Positions 1 through 12,126 of a stretch of 64,000 nucleotides of DNA are shown in pieces. This DNA comes from Cetorhinus maximus (Eukaryota): the NCBI RefSeq assembly GCF_964194155.1, contig NC_135898.1, positions 47,678,001 to 47,742,000 on the forward strand. Direction: 5' to 3'. A program made the translations under genes and the position numbers. The notes under the pieces were generated by a model, which saw only the letters and a program-made list of their open reading frames with translations, searched no databases and was not told the origin of the DNA. Each line of letters begins with the position of its first letter. Positions within the stretch are counted from its first letter, which is position 1.

Positions 1-480
1 GAGGATATCCAACTGTATGTATCTTGTTTGTCATTGCTAAACGATAGTGAGTTGCCTGCTTCCTTCTTTGGTTTGCAAGTGGTTTGGAAGTTATTTGTAA
101 AGACAGACTTTTTTCCCCAACTCTATTTGTTCCAGGTTTACTTTTGTAACATTTCTATAAACTGTTTATTAAAATACTTCTAAGGTTTATATAACAATTC
201 TTAACAGCATTTAGGTGAAAAAGCAAAGTACCACAATTTTAAGAAAGATCAAGTCACTAGCCATATGAAAACTGCTATTGGGGAAGACGTAACTTTAGTC
301 AAACAGTGTGCAGATTTTCTATTTTTAAAGACAGCTCATGGTATTTAACTGATTAATGTTTATTATGCCACAACTTACATCAAAATCAACATGAACAATT
401 TGCTGGTTATTAAGAAGGTTTGAATGCCTCTGTATAATCTCAAATATCATTTGGTCTCACCAGACCACCTCTATAGTAAG

Positions 481-953
481 AAGGTAAGAACTGGGAGCAG
501 GAGTAGGCAATTCAGCCCCTCGAGCCTGCCCCACCATTCAATACGATCATGGCTGATCTCATTTCGGCCTCAACTCCAATTTCCCGCCCTCTACCCGTAA
601 CCTTTCAACCCGTTACTAATTAAAAATCTGTCTATTTCCTCCTTAAATTTATTAAGCGTCCCGGCATCCACTGCACACTGAGGTAGTGAATTCCACAGAT
701 CCACGACCCTTTGAGAAAAGTAATTCCTCCTCATCTCTGATTTAAATCTACCACCTCTTAGCTTAAAACTATGGCCTATCGTTCTAGAATGCTCCAGAAG
801 GGGAAACATCCACTCTACGTCTACTTTGTCTATCCCCTTTAGCATCTTATATCCCTCAATTAGATCTCCTCTCATCCTTCTAAACACTAGCGAGTATAGG
901 CCTAAACTGCTCAATCTCTCCTCATAAGATAAGCCCTGCATCTCTGGATAACC
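481..953 (-). mobile_element. CR1 LINE, 5'-truncated 3' end (RT C-terminus plus 3' UTR)
   Basis: ORF 591-941 reads LSYEERLSSLGLYSLVFRRMRGDLIE...FSQRVVDLWNSLP, the typical CR1 ORF2 C-terminus. It is followed by a CR1-type tail ending in short TTCTTA-like repeats. Confidence 0.9.
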
Positions 954-2097
954 ATGAGGACAGGCAATAAGGCAACCTGCTCCCAGATCTCTGTCAAGAT
1001 CACTGTTCAGCCGATCATTGGAAGGTGTGTAACAGCAGCTAGCATTCGGTCTTCTCCATTTTCTCCCCTCCTACAAGGGGCCTCTGTGTTTCATCGTCAG
1101 CTTTCCACAGTCCAGAGTTCACCAAATGGGGACATTGAACCTATGGCACTGTGCACTGGTGCTCAAGCCAGCTGTGCATCAGTCCACCCTCAATTGTTGT
1201 TAACTCTTTCACCTTGGTAGCACTGATAGCTGAAACTATGCCACACAGGAAAAATATCGAATGCAAGAGCTAGTCAAGAATTCAGGCCTAACTTAGTGAC
1301 ACATTAGTCCAGCACAGATCAGCTGTTCTTGCCTAACTCTGCCAGAGAACAGTACGTATAATACTTTGCAGATAAGCAATGATTTGTTCAATCATCTGAA
1401 CATATTGATTAAAGACAAACACATTTCCATGGAACATGACACAAATGTTCTGGAACCTCTGCTGGACTGTTAAAGGTCAGAAAACAAATCAGCACTTTGT
1501 TCAATCAAACCTGTACACACAGTAAATCAATCACAGAAACTGGCAGTTTAATAATGCAGTAACACAATACCTGTACCGTGATACAGCAGACCAGATCTGT
1601 GACCCTTTTTTACAATGGTTATGGACTCAGGAATGGCATGATAACATTAGTACTTTCTTGTTTCCTCAGAATGGTTTTCACTACTTGGTGTGCTATCATA
1701 GTGTAACTATCACTCTTCATTCAATTGCTAATACTTGTGTTTGTATGCAAATCTACCAAATAAGGAAAGTGGGGATGGAATTCATGCTGGGCACCAGCAC
1801 AAAAAAGGCACTAAGCCTGTTTTACACTCTAGTCAATTAAGTCCATGGAAGTAGTAATTGGACAGTGGCTGCTGTACTGTTACATCACCATGTAAGACAT
1901 ATTTCACCCTCATTGTTTCTCTGATCTGAGTGAAATCTGTATACTACAATAATAATCACATTCAATAAGTCACTGCAACAATCATGTAACTTGAAAAATG
2001 AACAAAGATCATCTCCCACAAGCCATATACTACAATCATAATCCAATAAAACAGCTTACTGACAGCATGCAATGCAATATTCATCCTCAGCAATAGA

Positions 2098-2300
2098 GAC
2101 AAAAAGCAAAATATTACAGATGTGGAAATCTGAAACAGCAGGGAATAATGCTGAAATACTTAAACTCATTCATGTTTCAGATGTAGACTCTGATGGAACA
2201 TTCTCATGAAACGTCTACACTTAACACATTAACTTGTCTATTTGCTCCTCAGAAGCCGATGGACCTGCTGAGCATTTCCTTATGGCCTTCTGTTTTTAGT
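2098..2300. mobile_element. Degenerate Penelope-like terminal remnant (both orientations)
   Basis: It begins AAAAAGCAAAATATTACAGATGTGGAAATC and ends GACCTGCTGAGCATTTCC...TTCTGTTTTT, resembling the two ends of the Penelope copies at 34.6-36.4 kb and 58.7-60.2 kb. It has an internal CTGATGG...GAAACGTC hammerhead-like remnant. Confidence 0.5.
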
Positions 2301-2324
2301 TCATTCTCCACCATGTGTGTATTT

Positions 2325-4806
2325 TTTAAAATCTCATTCATGAGATGTGGGCTTCACTGGCTGGGCCAGCATTTATTGCCCATCCCTAGTTGCCCTTCAG
2401 AAGATGGTGGTGAGCTGCCTTCTTGAACCACTGCAGTCCATGTGGTGTAGGCACACTCACAGTGCTGTTAGGAAGGGAGTTCCAGGATTTTGACTCAGCC
2501 ACAGTGCAGGAATGGCAATATATTTCCAAGTCAGGATGGCGAGTGACTTGGAAGGGAACCTCCAGGTGGTGATGTTCCCATCTATCTGCTGCCCTTGTCC
2601 TTCTAGATGATGGGGTCATGGGTTTGGAAAGTGCTGTCGAAGGAGCCTTGGTGAATTCCTGCAATGCATCTTGTAGATGGTGCACACTGCTGCTACTGTG
2701 CATCGGTGATGTGGGAGTGTATGTTTGTGGATATGGTGCCAATCAAGCAGACTGCTTTGTCCTGGACGGTGTCAAGCTTCTTGAGTGTTATGGGAGCTGC
2801 GCTCATCCCGGTAAGTGGGGAGTATTCCATCACACTCCTGACTTGTGCCTTGTAGATGGTAGACAGGCTTTGGGGAGTCAGAAGGTGAGTTACTCATCAC
2901 ACAATACCTAGCCTCTGACCTGCTCTCGTAGCCACAGTATTTATATGGCTAGTCCAGTTCAATTTCTGGTCAATGGTAACCCCCAGGATGTTGATCGTGG
3001 GGGATTCACTGATGGTAGTGCCATTGAACATCAAGGGGCGATGGTTGGATTCTCTCTTGTTGGAGATGGTCATTGCCTGACACTTGGCAAATGTTATTTG
3101 CCACTTGTCAGCCCAAGCCTGGATATTGCCCAGGTTTTGCTGCATTTGGACATGGACTGCTTCAGTATCTGAGGAGTCGCAAATGGTGCTGAACAGCGAA
3201 CATCCCCACTTCTGACGTTATGATGGAAGGAACGTCATTGATGAAGCAGAAGATGGTTGGACCGAGGACACCACCCTGAGGAACTCCTGCATTGATGTCC
3301 TGGAACTGAGATGACTGACCTCCAACGATCTTCCTTTGTGCTAGGTTTGGCTCCAACCAGCGGAGAGTTTTCCTTCTGATTCCCATTGATTCCAGTTTTG
3401 CTAGGGCTCCTTGATGCCACACTCAGTCAAATGCAGCCTTGATGTCAAGGGAAGTCACTCTCATCTGACCTCTGGAGTTCAGCTCTTTTGTTCATTTTTG
3501 AACCAAGGCTGTAATGAGATCAGGAGCTGAGTGGCCCTGGTGGAACCCAAACTGAGCATCAGTGAGGTTATTGCTAAGCAAGTGCCGCTTGATAGCACTG
3601 TTGATGACCCTTTCCGTTACTTTATTGATGATCGAGAGTAGACTGATGGGGCAGTAATTAGCTGGGTTGAATTTGTCTTGCTTTTTGTGTACAGGACATA
3701 CCTGGGCAATTTTCCACATAGCCAGGTAGATGCCAGTATAGTAGCTGTACTGGAACAGCTTGGCTAGGGGCGTGGCAAGTTCTGGAGCACAAGTCTTCAG
3801 TACTATTGCAGGAATATTGTCAAGCCCCATAGCCTTTGCAGTATCCTGTGCCTTCAGCCAGTTCTTAATATCACGTGGAATGAATCGAATTGGCTGATGA
3901 CTGGCATCTATGATGCTGGGGACCTCCGGAGGAGGCTGAGGTGGATCATCCACTCGGCACTTCTGGCTGAAGATTATAGCAAATGCTTCAGCCTTATCTT
4001 TCGTACTGATGTTCTGGGCTCCTTCATCATTGAGGATGGGGATATTTGTGGAGTCTCCTCCTCCAGTGAGTTGTTGAATTGTCCAGCACCATTCACGACT
4101 GGATGCGGCAGGACTGCAGAGCTTAGATCTGATCCACTGGTTGTGGGATCGATTAGCCCTGTCTATCACTTGCTGCTTATGCTGTTTGGCATGCAATGTA
4201 TCCTGTGTTGTCGCTTCACCAGGTTGGCACCGCATTTTTAGGTATGCCTAGTGCTGCTCCTGGCATGCCCTCCTACATGCTTAATTGAACCAGGGTTGAT
4301 CCCCTGGCTTAATGGTAATGGTAGAATGGGGGATATGCAGGCCATGAGGTTACAGACTGTGTTTGAGTACAATTCTGTTGCTGCTGATGGCCCACAGCAC
4401 CTCATGGATGCCCAGTCTCGAGTTGCTAGACCTCTTTGAAAGCTATCCCATTTAGCATGGTGGTAACACCACACAACACAATGGGGGGATGTCTCAATGT
4501 GAAGGTGGGACTTCATCTCCTCAACGACTGTGCAGTGGTCACTCCTACCAATACACTACAATAGACAGATGTATCTGTGGCAGGCAGGTTGGTGAGGGTG
4601 AGGTCAATTATGTTTTTCCCTCTTGCTGGTTCCCTCATCATCTGCTGCTGATCCAGTCTAGCAGCTATGTCATTTAGGACTCGGCCAGCTCGGTCAGTAG
4701 TGGTGCTACCGAGCCACTCTTGGTGATGGACATTGAAGTTCCCCACCCAGAGTACATTCTGCACCCTTGCCACCCTCAGTGTTTCCTCCAAGTGGTGTTC
4801 AACATG
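2325..4806 (-). mobile_element. CR1-clade LINE (second family), decayed ORF2 with endonuclease C-terminus and RT
   Basis: Fragmented ORFs give WVGNFNVHHQEWLGS...GKNIIDLTLTN (APE endonuclease), KAMGLDNIP...WKIAQVCPVHKK...NYCPISLLS...QFGF, GVPQGGVLGPTIF and LGVTIDQKLNWTSHI. The 3' tail GGGCAATAAATGCTGGCC is shared with several SINE and LINE ends in this window. Confidence 0.88.
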
Positions 4807-7109
4807 GCCAAGTTAGCACACTTTAGTTCCTTCATTTTTAAAAATTTTTTTAACAGTAAAATGGGACATCCATTTTATAAACAGACTGCACAGGCCATGA
4901 TATAATATCAAATGTAAAGAATTCACAGACCTGGCTTATATTGGTCATGTGTCAGTCGAGCCCTTGTCTGGTGTCCTGGCTGCAATCTAGAGGTTGCTAT
5001 AAGCTGAACTACTTTATTGCTCTCATATGCTGCAGTAACACATTATAATGCCTTGGAACAGCACACATGCTCTGCACTTTTCTAAAATTGCACTTCCAGT
5101 AGGTTTAGAGCACCTTCATTAAATATTTAAAACAGGAAGGCAGTCAATCCGAAATCTATTATGACCTTATAAGGAGTTACAGAGCTTAAAAAAACTACTG
5201 GTACCATCACCATCACTTCTCCTTGATAAATCAAATTACAATTGTCCTTTTATTATTTATGCTTTTATGCTAATAAAGAGGGAATCATCAACACATCATC
5301 AGGGAACATTAAGCCCAGCAATGTGAGGCTTCTTACAATTTTTCTCATTCTTTGTTACCTAGCTATATTTCCTTTCACAATGTGTCACCTTCCTGTCTTA
5401 GGGTAGGAACTGTTACCTGCAGTCAGGTTCCATAGGAATCAGCAGTCTCCCATCCCATTCCATAGCCATCCTTGATACATGAGCATGGCCAGTGATTGCT
5501 ATTGTGGTGCTATGACAGCCAAGCACAATTCTGTTCTCACCCAGTATTTCCACACACCTCACCGGATAGTGAACAGGACTAGAAGCTTGGCTGAATTCTC
5601 TCTTCTCCAGCCTAGGGGACTGAGGTAAATTGCAACTCCCTTCTCCCCAAGAACTGCCAAGTGATCAGAGCAGGCAATGAACCTGGACTTTTAAATTGAT
5701 TTCATTTAACATCACAGTGCATGGGTCATTCACTGCATTAAACCATTGAGGGAAATCACAGCGCTAAGTTTAATCAGACGAAAAACAGAGTTCTTTTTAC
5801 AAAATACTGCCCATCGCTCAATTGTGTGCAATACCCAGTTGTATGATTCCATAACCCATTCTATCAAGGTTATCAAGTACAATTCATTCAGACTTACGGC
5901 TTTTGATTGTTTGACCAAAGTGCACTTTCAAAGGTGATTGCTGACGCTTGTGTGACAAGTACATTGCAATGCTGAATTCTCTGACTGTCAGCTGAGACCC
6001 TCAGTCAAAAAGAGAGGCAAGCACAGAATCAGTGACAGGGCGATTGGTTCTTTGTTCCATGGCAAAAACAAAAATATGCTAACTAAAAATAGTATGGGCT
6101 GTTTGATAAAGGCATTGTACTACCTTCTCATGTGTATTCCTTTAAATGTCTTGCAGTGGGGTATACCTTTAAGTGAGGGCTCCGACATGTGCTTGTGGAG
6201 CATGCCCTAGATAGTGACTGGTTTGTGAATTAAGTTGGACAAAGGCCTCAGAAATCTAGGAGCGTTATCTTTGCTCCCATTTCTCTAAACCAAACTGAAT
6301 GTTGCTGGACTCCATGGCAAGAATCTGAAGGGGAACCAAACAATCACCAGGATCTTTTGAATGCAACCATTATAGAAACGACAAATGTCTTCAAATTATC
6401 TTATACCAATATAATGTAGCTTTATGTTGGCATAGTTAAGGCAATATAATAATTTTTAAACTAAATAAAGGTCTAAAATACTATATACATGGATAAATGG
6501 TAGTGAGTGGGCTGGTTTAATTCCATCTTACTAAACACGGGCCTGTCTAAATGCCTCAGTTAAAGAATGAATGACTCAAACCGCAGTCATTACAACACCC
6601 ACACATTTATAGAACAGTTTGATTTCTGCTAACCCTGCTCTTCACAGTGGCCCTGAATGAATGAGGCATCATGTTGCTTGAACAAGAAAAGCTGAAAGAG
6701 AAAAAAATAAGACCTACAACTCAAATCAGAAAATTACTGAATTGTTGTTGCCTTGTATAATCCCAGCTTTAGAGGGAGGAGAATGAACAAGGGCAATTGA
6801 ATGCTCAGACTGCACAATCTTTGAAGCGAGAGACAAATTGTTTGGAAAAGCAATTTATGGCGAGAAATAAATACAATAGAAGGTGAAGATCACACAGAAC
6901 AATTACTGAGAAACATTAGCATTGATCAAAGTTGACCAACACACTTGCACTTAATAAATCAAGTTCTCTTTTCAGTCACAAAAGTTTGAAAATTGTTCCA
7001 AGGGCATTCTTCATCATCAATTGTGTTTTAGGATACTGTAGTAACTGCATATATTGCTTGTGCAGTTGGATAACATGGAAAGGATTGAAGGTTTTTGAAA
7101 AGCATTTAA

Positions 7110-8037
7110 GTTTTAACATATACTTTGCAAAATATAATACTGGAAAAAAAGACATGCTGTTAAAACTTTTCATCTTGCAATCAGCAGGACGGATGCAAGA
7201 GCACAAATTTCAAAGGGAACAACAGTTTGCACCGCATGATTAAAGGGTGTTGATTGGTTGACAAGCAGATTCTGATTGGTTGAGACGTTGCCATGGGGAA
7301 TGCACCAGAGAAACATTGCCCCCATGCTTTTGTTTAATTGAAAACAGTGCAATGCCTGGACATATTTTTTATGTTTGCAGATGGACAGGGCCCTATGTAT
7401 GGATATATGTAGCTTCTAACAAGTGCAAGTGAACCATACTGCGAGCCCGAATGATAATTTTTAATTGGTTGTGTAATTCTTAGCACACTCAAGATTGTTC
7501 AGTAAGTATTGTCCAATTGAGGAATGACATCTAATGGTGGACACCATGTTCTGAGTTTTGCAAGCATGGGCTGGTTGAGTTCAATCAGTACTCTGCCTCT
7601 TGCAAACAGCCGATGGGATATGCTGTTTGATCTAATACACCAGTCATTAGGATGTAAGGCCTACATATCGGGCATCACACTAGCACTAAAATTCATATAC
7701 CATATTACTCATTTGTGTTGTAGGCAGAATGTCTTTTTAGCTTGATGGCAGCATCCTGGTGCACTCCCCATGGCAACACCTTGACCAGAGTCAACTTGCC
7801 TTCTTTGAATTTAAACAAAAGCTTGGGGGATAAATGTTCACTAGTGCATTCTCCACGGCAACACTCTAACCAGATGCACTTGCCAATCAATCAGCACCAT
7901 TTTGTCATGCAATATAAATTGTTACCTTTGAAATTTGGTATTCCTATGTCTGTCCTGATGAGTGAAACGCAAAAAACTTAGGCAGCATGTTTCTTTTTTC
8001 AGCAATACTCAAATTCTGTGCTCTCAAGTGACTAAAG
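7110..8037. mobile_element. Older Penelope-like element (second family): GIY-YIG remnant between inverted terminal repeats
   Basis: About 7110-7350 and 7800-8035 are diverged inverted copies. The minus strand in between translates, with stops, to CDARYVGLTS..IKQHIPS, SIGQYLLNNLECAKNY and IIIRARSMVHLHLLEATYI, matching a GIY-YIG endonuclease. Both arms carry a hammerhead-like core. Confidence 0.72.
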
Positions 8038-9379
8038 TATTAAGTAAAGTAACTATACACAAAACAGGTAGTGAAGACAAAGCTCCCAGAAATTCCATGG
8101 TAGAACAGAAGAATCAATGTCTCTGTGAATAAAAAAGTAAGTAGCATGTTCTCAAAGGAAACTACAGGAAAAATACAATGGCCCAGATTTTTCTGCAAGA
8201 ATAATAGTGAAAGAATGGATGATGTTAAGTATTAAATTGGACAGCAGCTTGTGAATGCATACATGCAGTTAAACATGCAAACCGGAAAGTTGCTGTGCAA
8301 GTTGCCTTGCTCCTCCCCAAGCTTTGACACACTGATATCTCACCCCGAGTCTCAGCACTCAAATAAATGGAATGGCATGAAGTTGGGGTACTTACCCACT
8401 AAATTTCATTCACTCATGATGGTAAAATCTAGGCCAATGTCCTTCCATGTAGCAGATGTCGTCATGATCCTTCATCAACTATGTTACAACCAATATTTCT
8501 GCTAATCTGCTGTTTGCATGACTGCACGGCGGTTTGGAAGGTCCAGCACTCACCTTGTTCAGTGTTAAAAACTGCATGTGCATGGCCTCAGGAAAAAAAA
8601 GCTGAAAGGTACCATGCATTCAAAAAACCTGGGCATGTGTAATGAGATTTTTACAGAAAACATTGGTCACCACTTGTTTTTTTTTCTAATATACACCATC
8701 TCTTCAAAGCAACAGAAGCTGGGTTAAAGAGAAGCTCAGCAGAGTGAGGAGTCGGTTACATTGGGAGTTTTTTTTCTGTCCATTTTACCGTGAAAAATGC
8801 AAATCAGTGAAAATGCAAATCAGTAGTTTTGGAAATAACATTCTTGCTTTACCTTTGTGCTTTGTTTTCAGTTGCAAAACTTCTTCCAAATCTCCCGACA
8901 GGTCCCAAGTAGTCGATAAAAATTTGCTTCTCATCTTATATTGGAGCCATCCTCCCCAACAAAAGCCTAACTTCATTACTCATTACCATTAGATGTAGCA
9001 CCTGGATCAATAAATTAGATTTAAATCTTGTAAAATTTTATTCAAATACTTTTTAAATCGCTTTTTTTTTTAAGGAATGGCCACATTTCAAAAAAGCACA
9101 TTTTTCATTTCGTTTGAGAGAAATAAATTGGCATCTTTTCAGTTAATTAAAATATAGGAAAATATGGCCTTATATTAATGACATCAGTCACTTTCTTGAG
9201 TATTTATATTTTCATTGATCAGTTAGTATCTGCCTCCAAATCTCTTTATTCAAATTCTTGTAATTCATGGTTAAGGCTTTTCACATCTAAGTGTATTTTT
9301 CTGTTGTTAGCTACATTTCTGACACTCACCATGTTCACCTGTTATAGGAGTCCAAAACAATCCCTGAAAAGCGTACAGA

Positions 9380-10930
9380 GAGAAGGTCAGCAGCCGTGGG
9401 GTCATCCAGAGAACCTGGTTACAGTGTTGTAAAGGCTCAATGACATCTTAAGAGCTGCCAAGGTGAGTGTGTAACCATTTTGGATCTGGACCCATATGGA
9501 AGGGTATGAAGATGTGATATAAGTCAAATAAGGGATTGCTTAGAGTCTTGCCCAAGCTCAGAAGGCAGCATAAAGCAGACATGCCACTCTGCATGGCAAC
9601 AGGGGCTTTTTTGGGGGTGAGGGTTGGACAGGAGGCTTCTGAACTGCAATACCTGTTAGTTGGCAAAGAGCATTGAAAAAATGTTAATCGCCAAAGATGA
9701 TGTTGCCACACATTTGAAAGCATGATTGTAGCACAGAATATTCATTACAATGTCCCTTTTTATTAGCAGGAGAAGAGGGCACATAATGTCAGAGAATACC
9801 AGGACCAGAGGTGGCCAACCCAACATAGCCATTTTCACCCCGATAGAGTTGGTGGTGGAGCTGTCTGCAAATCAATGGAATCAAACCATTGGGCAAGGCG
9901 AGGTTGGAAGGAGGCCTGGGGCAGTGAGATTCCAAGAGTGCACATCTCTCTCCTGCAAACAGTGCTGAAGGGGGTGGGCAAGGTGTTGGAAACTGGAGAA
10001 GGGAGTGAGAAAGTAACATTGATGGCTTTTGACTTGAAGACTTGCAGAATTCAGGGAGGAACCTGTTTCTCAATGATGAAGGGCCCAAGGTTCAAACACA
10101 GGTCACTATCATACATACATACACCTCAGTGGGAGTGCATGAGTCAATGTGCGAGTACATTACAGTTACAAGACCAGCTGACGGAGACTGAGATAGTGCA
10201 GGGTCCTGGCACTCAAAGGAGTCTTGGAGGCAACCTAAATGCTGAGCTCCAAGCTCATGATGAACCTCTGGAGTCGGCAGTCAGGTGAGAGATGCTGGAG
10301 ATACAAATGTGAAGTATGTGGAGATGTGGCAGAGATTCCAGAGGGGCTGCGCACACTGACACAGACAGTGGAGGAGTCTATCCAGGTAATGAGCACTGCG
10401 ATCATCCGCTCTTCAGAATGCATGGATTCCTCCACTGAGACACTGGTGAGTGTCATGGCTTGCCAAACCCAGCTGCTCAGTAATGGGATAGTGGGTATCC
10501 AATGCCCAGATACAGGGCAAGAGAGTGGGCTGAGGAACCTGGAGCCCTGGTCCCTCTCAGGAAAGCAGGAAGGGTCAAATAGACCTCACAGAAGCAGATA
10601 AGCAGCCTCGGATGCCATCATGGGGCAGCTCTCAGGGTGCCTCTGTTGGGGACAGTCTCTCCTCCACCCCTCTGCCATTGACACAAATGCCTCCTAAAGC
10701 TGCAGCGACAGATGGGCCTCCTGCCATGGGTGCAGGAGACTCCCATCATGTCAGGGCCCTTCCGGCCTCTGGCAGAGATGGCCAAAGTCATCCCAGGCAA
10801 AGGGGCGTAAGGTTCAGCAGCCTGTCCCCAACACAGCTGGTACTGAGGGGGGAGCACCACACCATAAGCACATGTAGATCAGTTAAAAAAGCACCACAGT
10901 CGCCACTTAAGGGACAGTGTAAAGTATAAC
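9380..10930 (+). pseudogene. PIF/Harbinger Myb/SANT-like DNA-binding gene remnant with intron
   Basis: EKVSSRGVIQRTWLQCCK, then after a frameshift RLNDILRAAK, then donor GTGAGT at 9463. Acceptor TTAGCAG ends at 9769, followed by EKRAHNVRE..RTRGGQPNIAIFTPIE..IGQGEVG. This matches the trihelix motif and the following 'TGGG' motif of Harbinger accessory proteins. The right boundary is approximate. Confidence 0.65.
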
Positions 10931-11559
10931 TATGGCACGGGGATTTTCTGTTATATGAAAAGTCACGTGGGGGATCTTTTCTATTGTTTAATGATTAAGG
11001 TGCTTACTAAATAGTGGCTAGCCTGTTCAGTTTGTTTATTAGTGCAAGAGTCTTAAAACTTGAAATCTGGTCATGTGATCCTTCTAGCCTGTCAGAATTC
11101 AAATATGTTCGACAAGGTTAGTAGTCTTTATGGGAACCATACCACATTCAAGAAAATAATGTCCCTTTTCTCTTTCTAAACCACACTACTGAACTCTAGG
11201 GAAACTCAACTACAGCTCTGTGATGAAGCTGAAGAAGAGAGAACCCTCCCCCACTCCCACCTGTACCACACAGACAAGCACCAAATGTTCCACGCTAAAT
11301 CAGAGTCACTGTGTTAAATCTGCCAAGATTGCAAACCTAATAGATTCATTGATAGGTCATGGTGTCTGAGTAAACAACTGTGTAATAAACAGAGAAGATT
11401 TTAAGAGGACATTAATGTCAGAAGATTGTTTTCTTCTCATAATTTAGGTGCTGGATTAGAATTTATGGCAGCTGATTAAAAGGACTAATCTCCATCAAAA
11501 TACTTCAAATTTGACCACTGCAGTATCTGACCTGCTCTGTCCATTTGGATAACACCTTA

Positions 11560-12126
11560 GGATAACACATTTGGAGTACCGTGTACAGTACTGGTCTCTT
11601 TATTTAAGGAAAGATGTAAATGTTTTGGAAGCAGTTCTGAGAAGGTTTACTAAACTAATACCTGGAGTGGGCAGATTGTCTTATGAGGAAAGGTTGGACA
11701 GGCTAGGCTTGTATCTGCTGGAGTTTAGAAGAATAAGAGGCGACTTGATTGAAACATATAAAATCCTGAGGGGATTTAACAGGGATGTGGAAAGGATGTT
11801 TCCGCTTGTGGGAGAATCTAGAACTAGGGGCCACTGATTCAAAATAAGGGGCTGCCCATTTAAAACAGAGATGAGGAAAAGTTTTTTCTCTCAGAGTTGA
11901 GACACTTCGGAATTCACTTCCTCAAAAGGTGGTTGGGGCAGTCTTTGAATATCTTTAAGGCAGAGGTAGATAGGTTCTTGATAAGCAAGGGGGTTAGGGG
12001 TTATCAGGGGTAGGCATGAACATGGAATTGAGGTTAAAATTAGATCAGCCATGATTTTATTGAATGCGGAGCAGGCTCGAGGGGCCGAGTGGCCTACTCC
12101 TGCTCCTAATTCATATGTTCGTATGA
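11560..12126 (+). mobile_element. CR1 LINE 3' end
   Basis: ORF 11571-11837 reads EYRVQYWSLYLRKDV...LSYEERLDRLGLYLLEFRRIRGDLIETYKIL. The tail GGGGCCGAGTGGCCTACTCCTGCTCCT is followed by short repeats. Confidence 0.9.
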
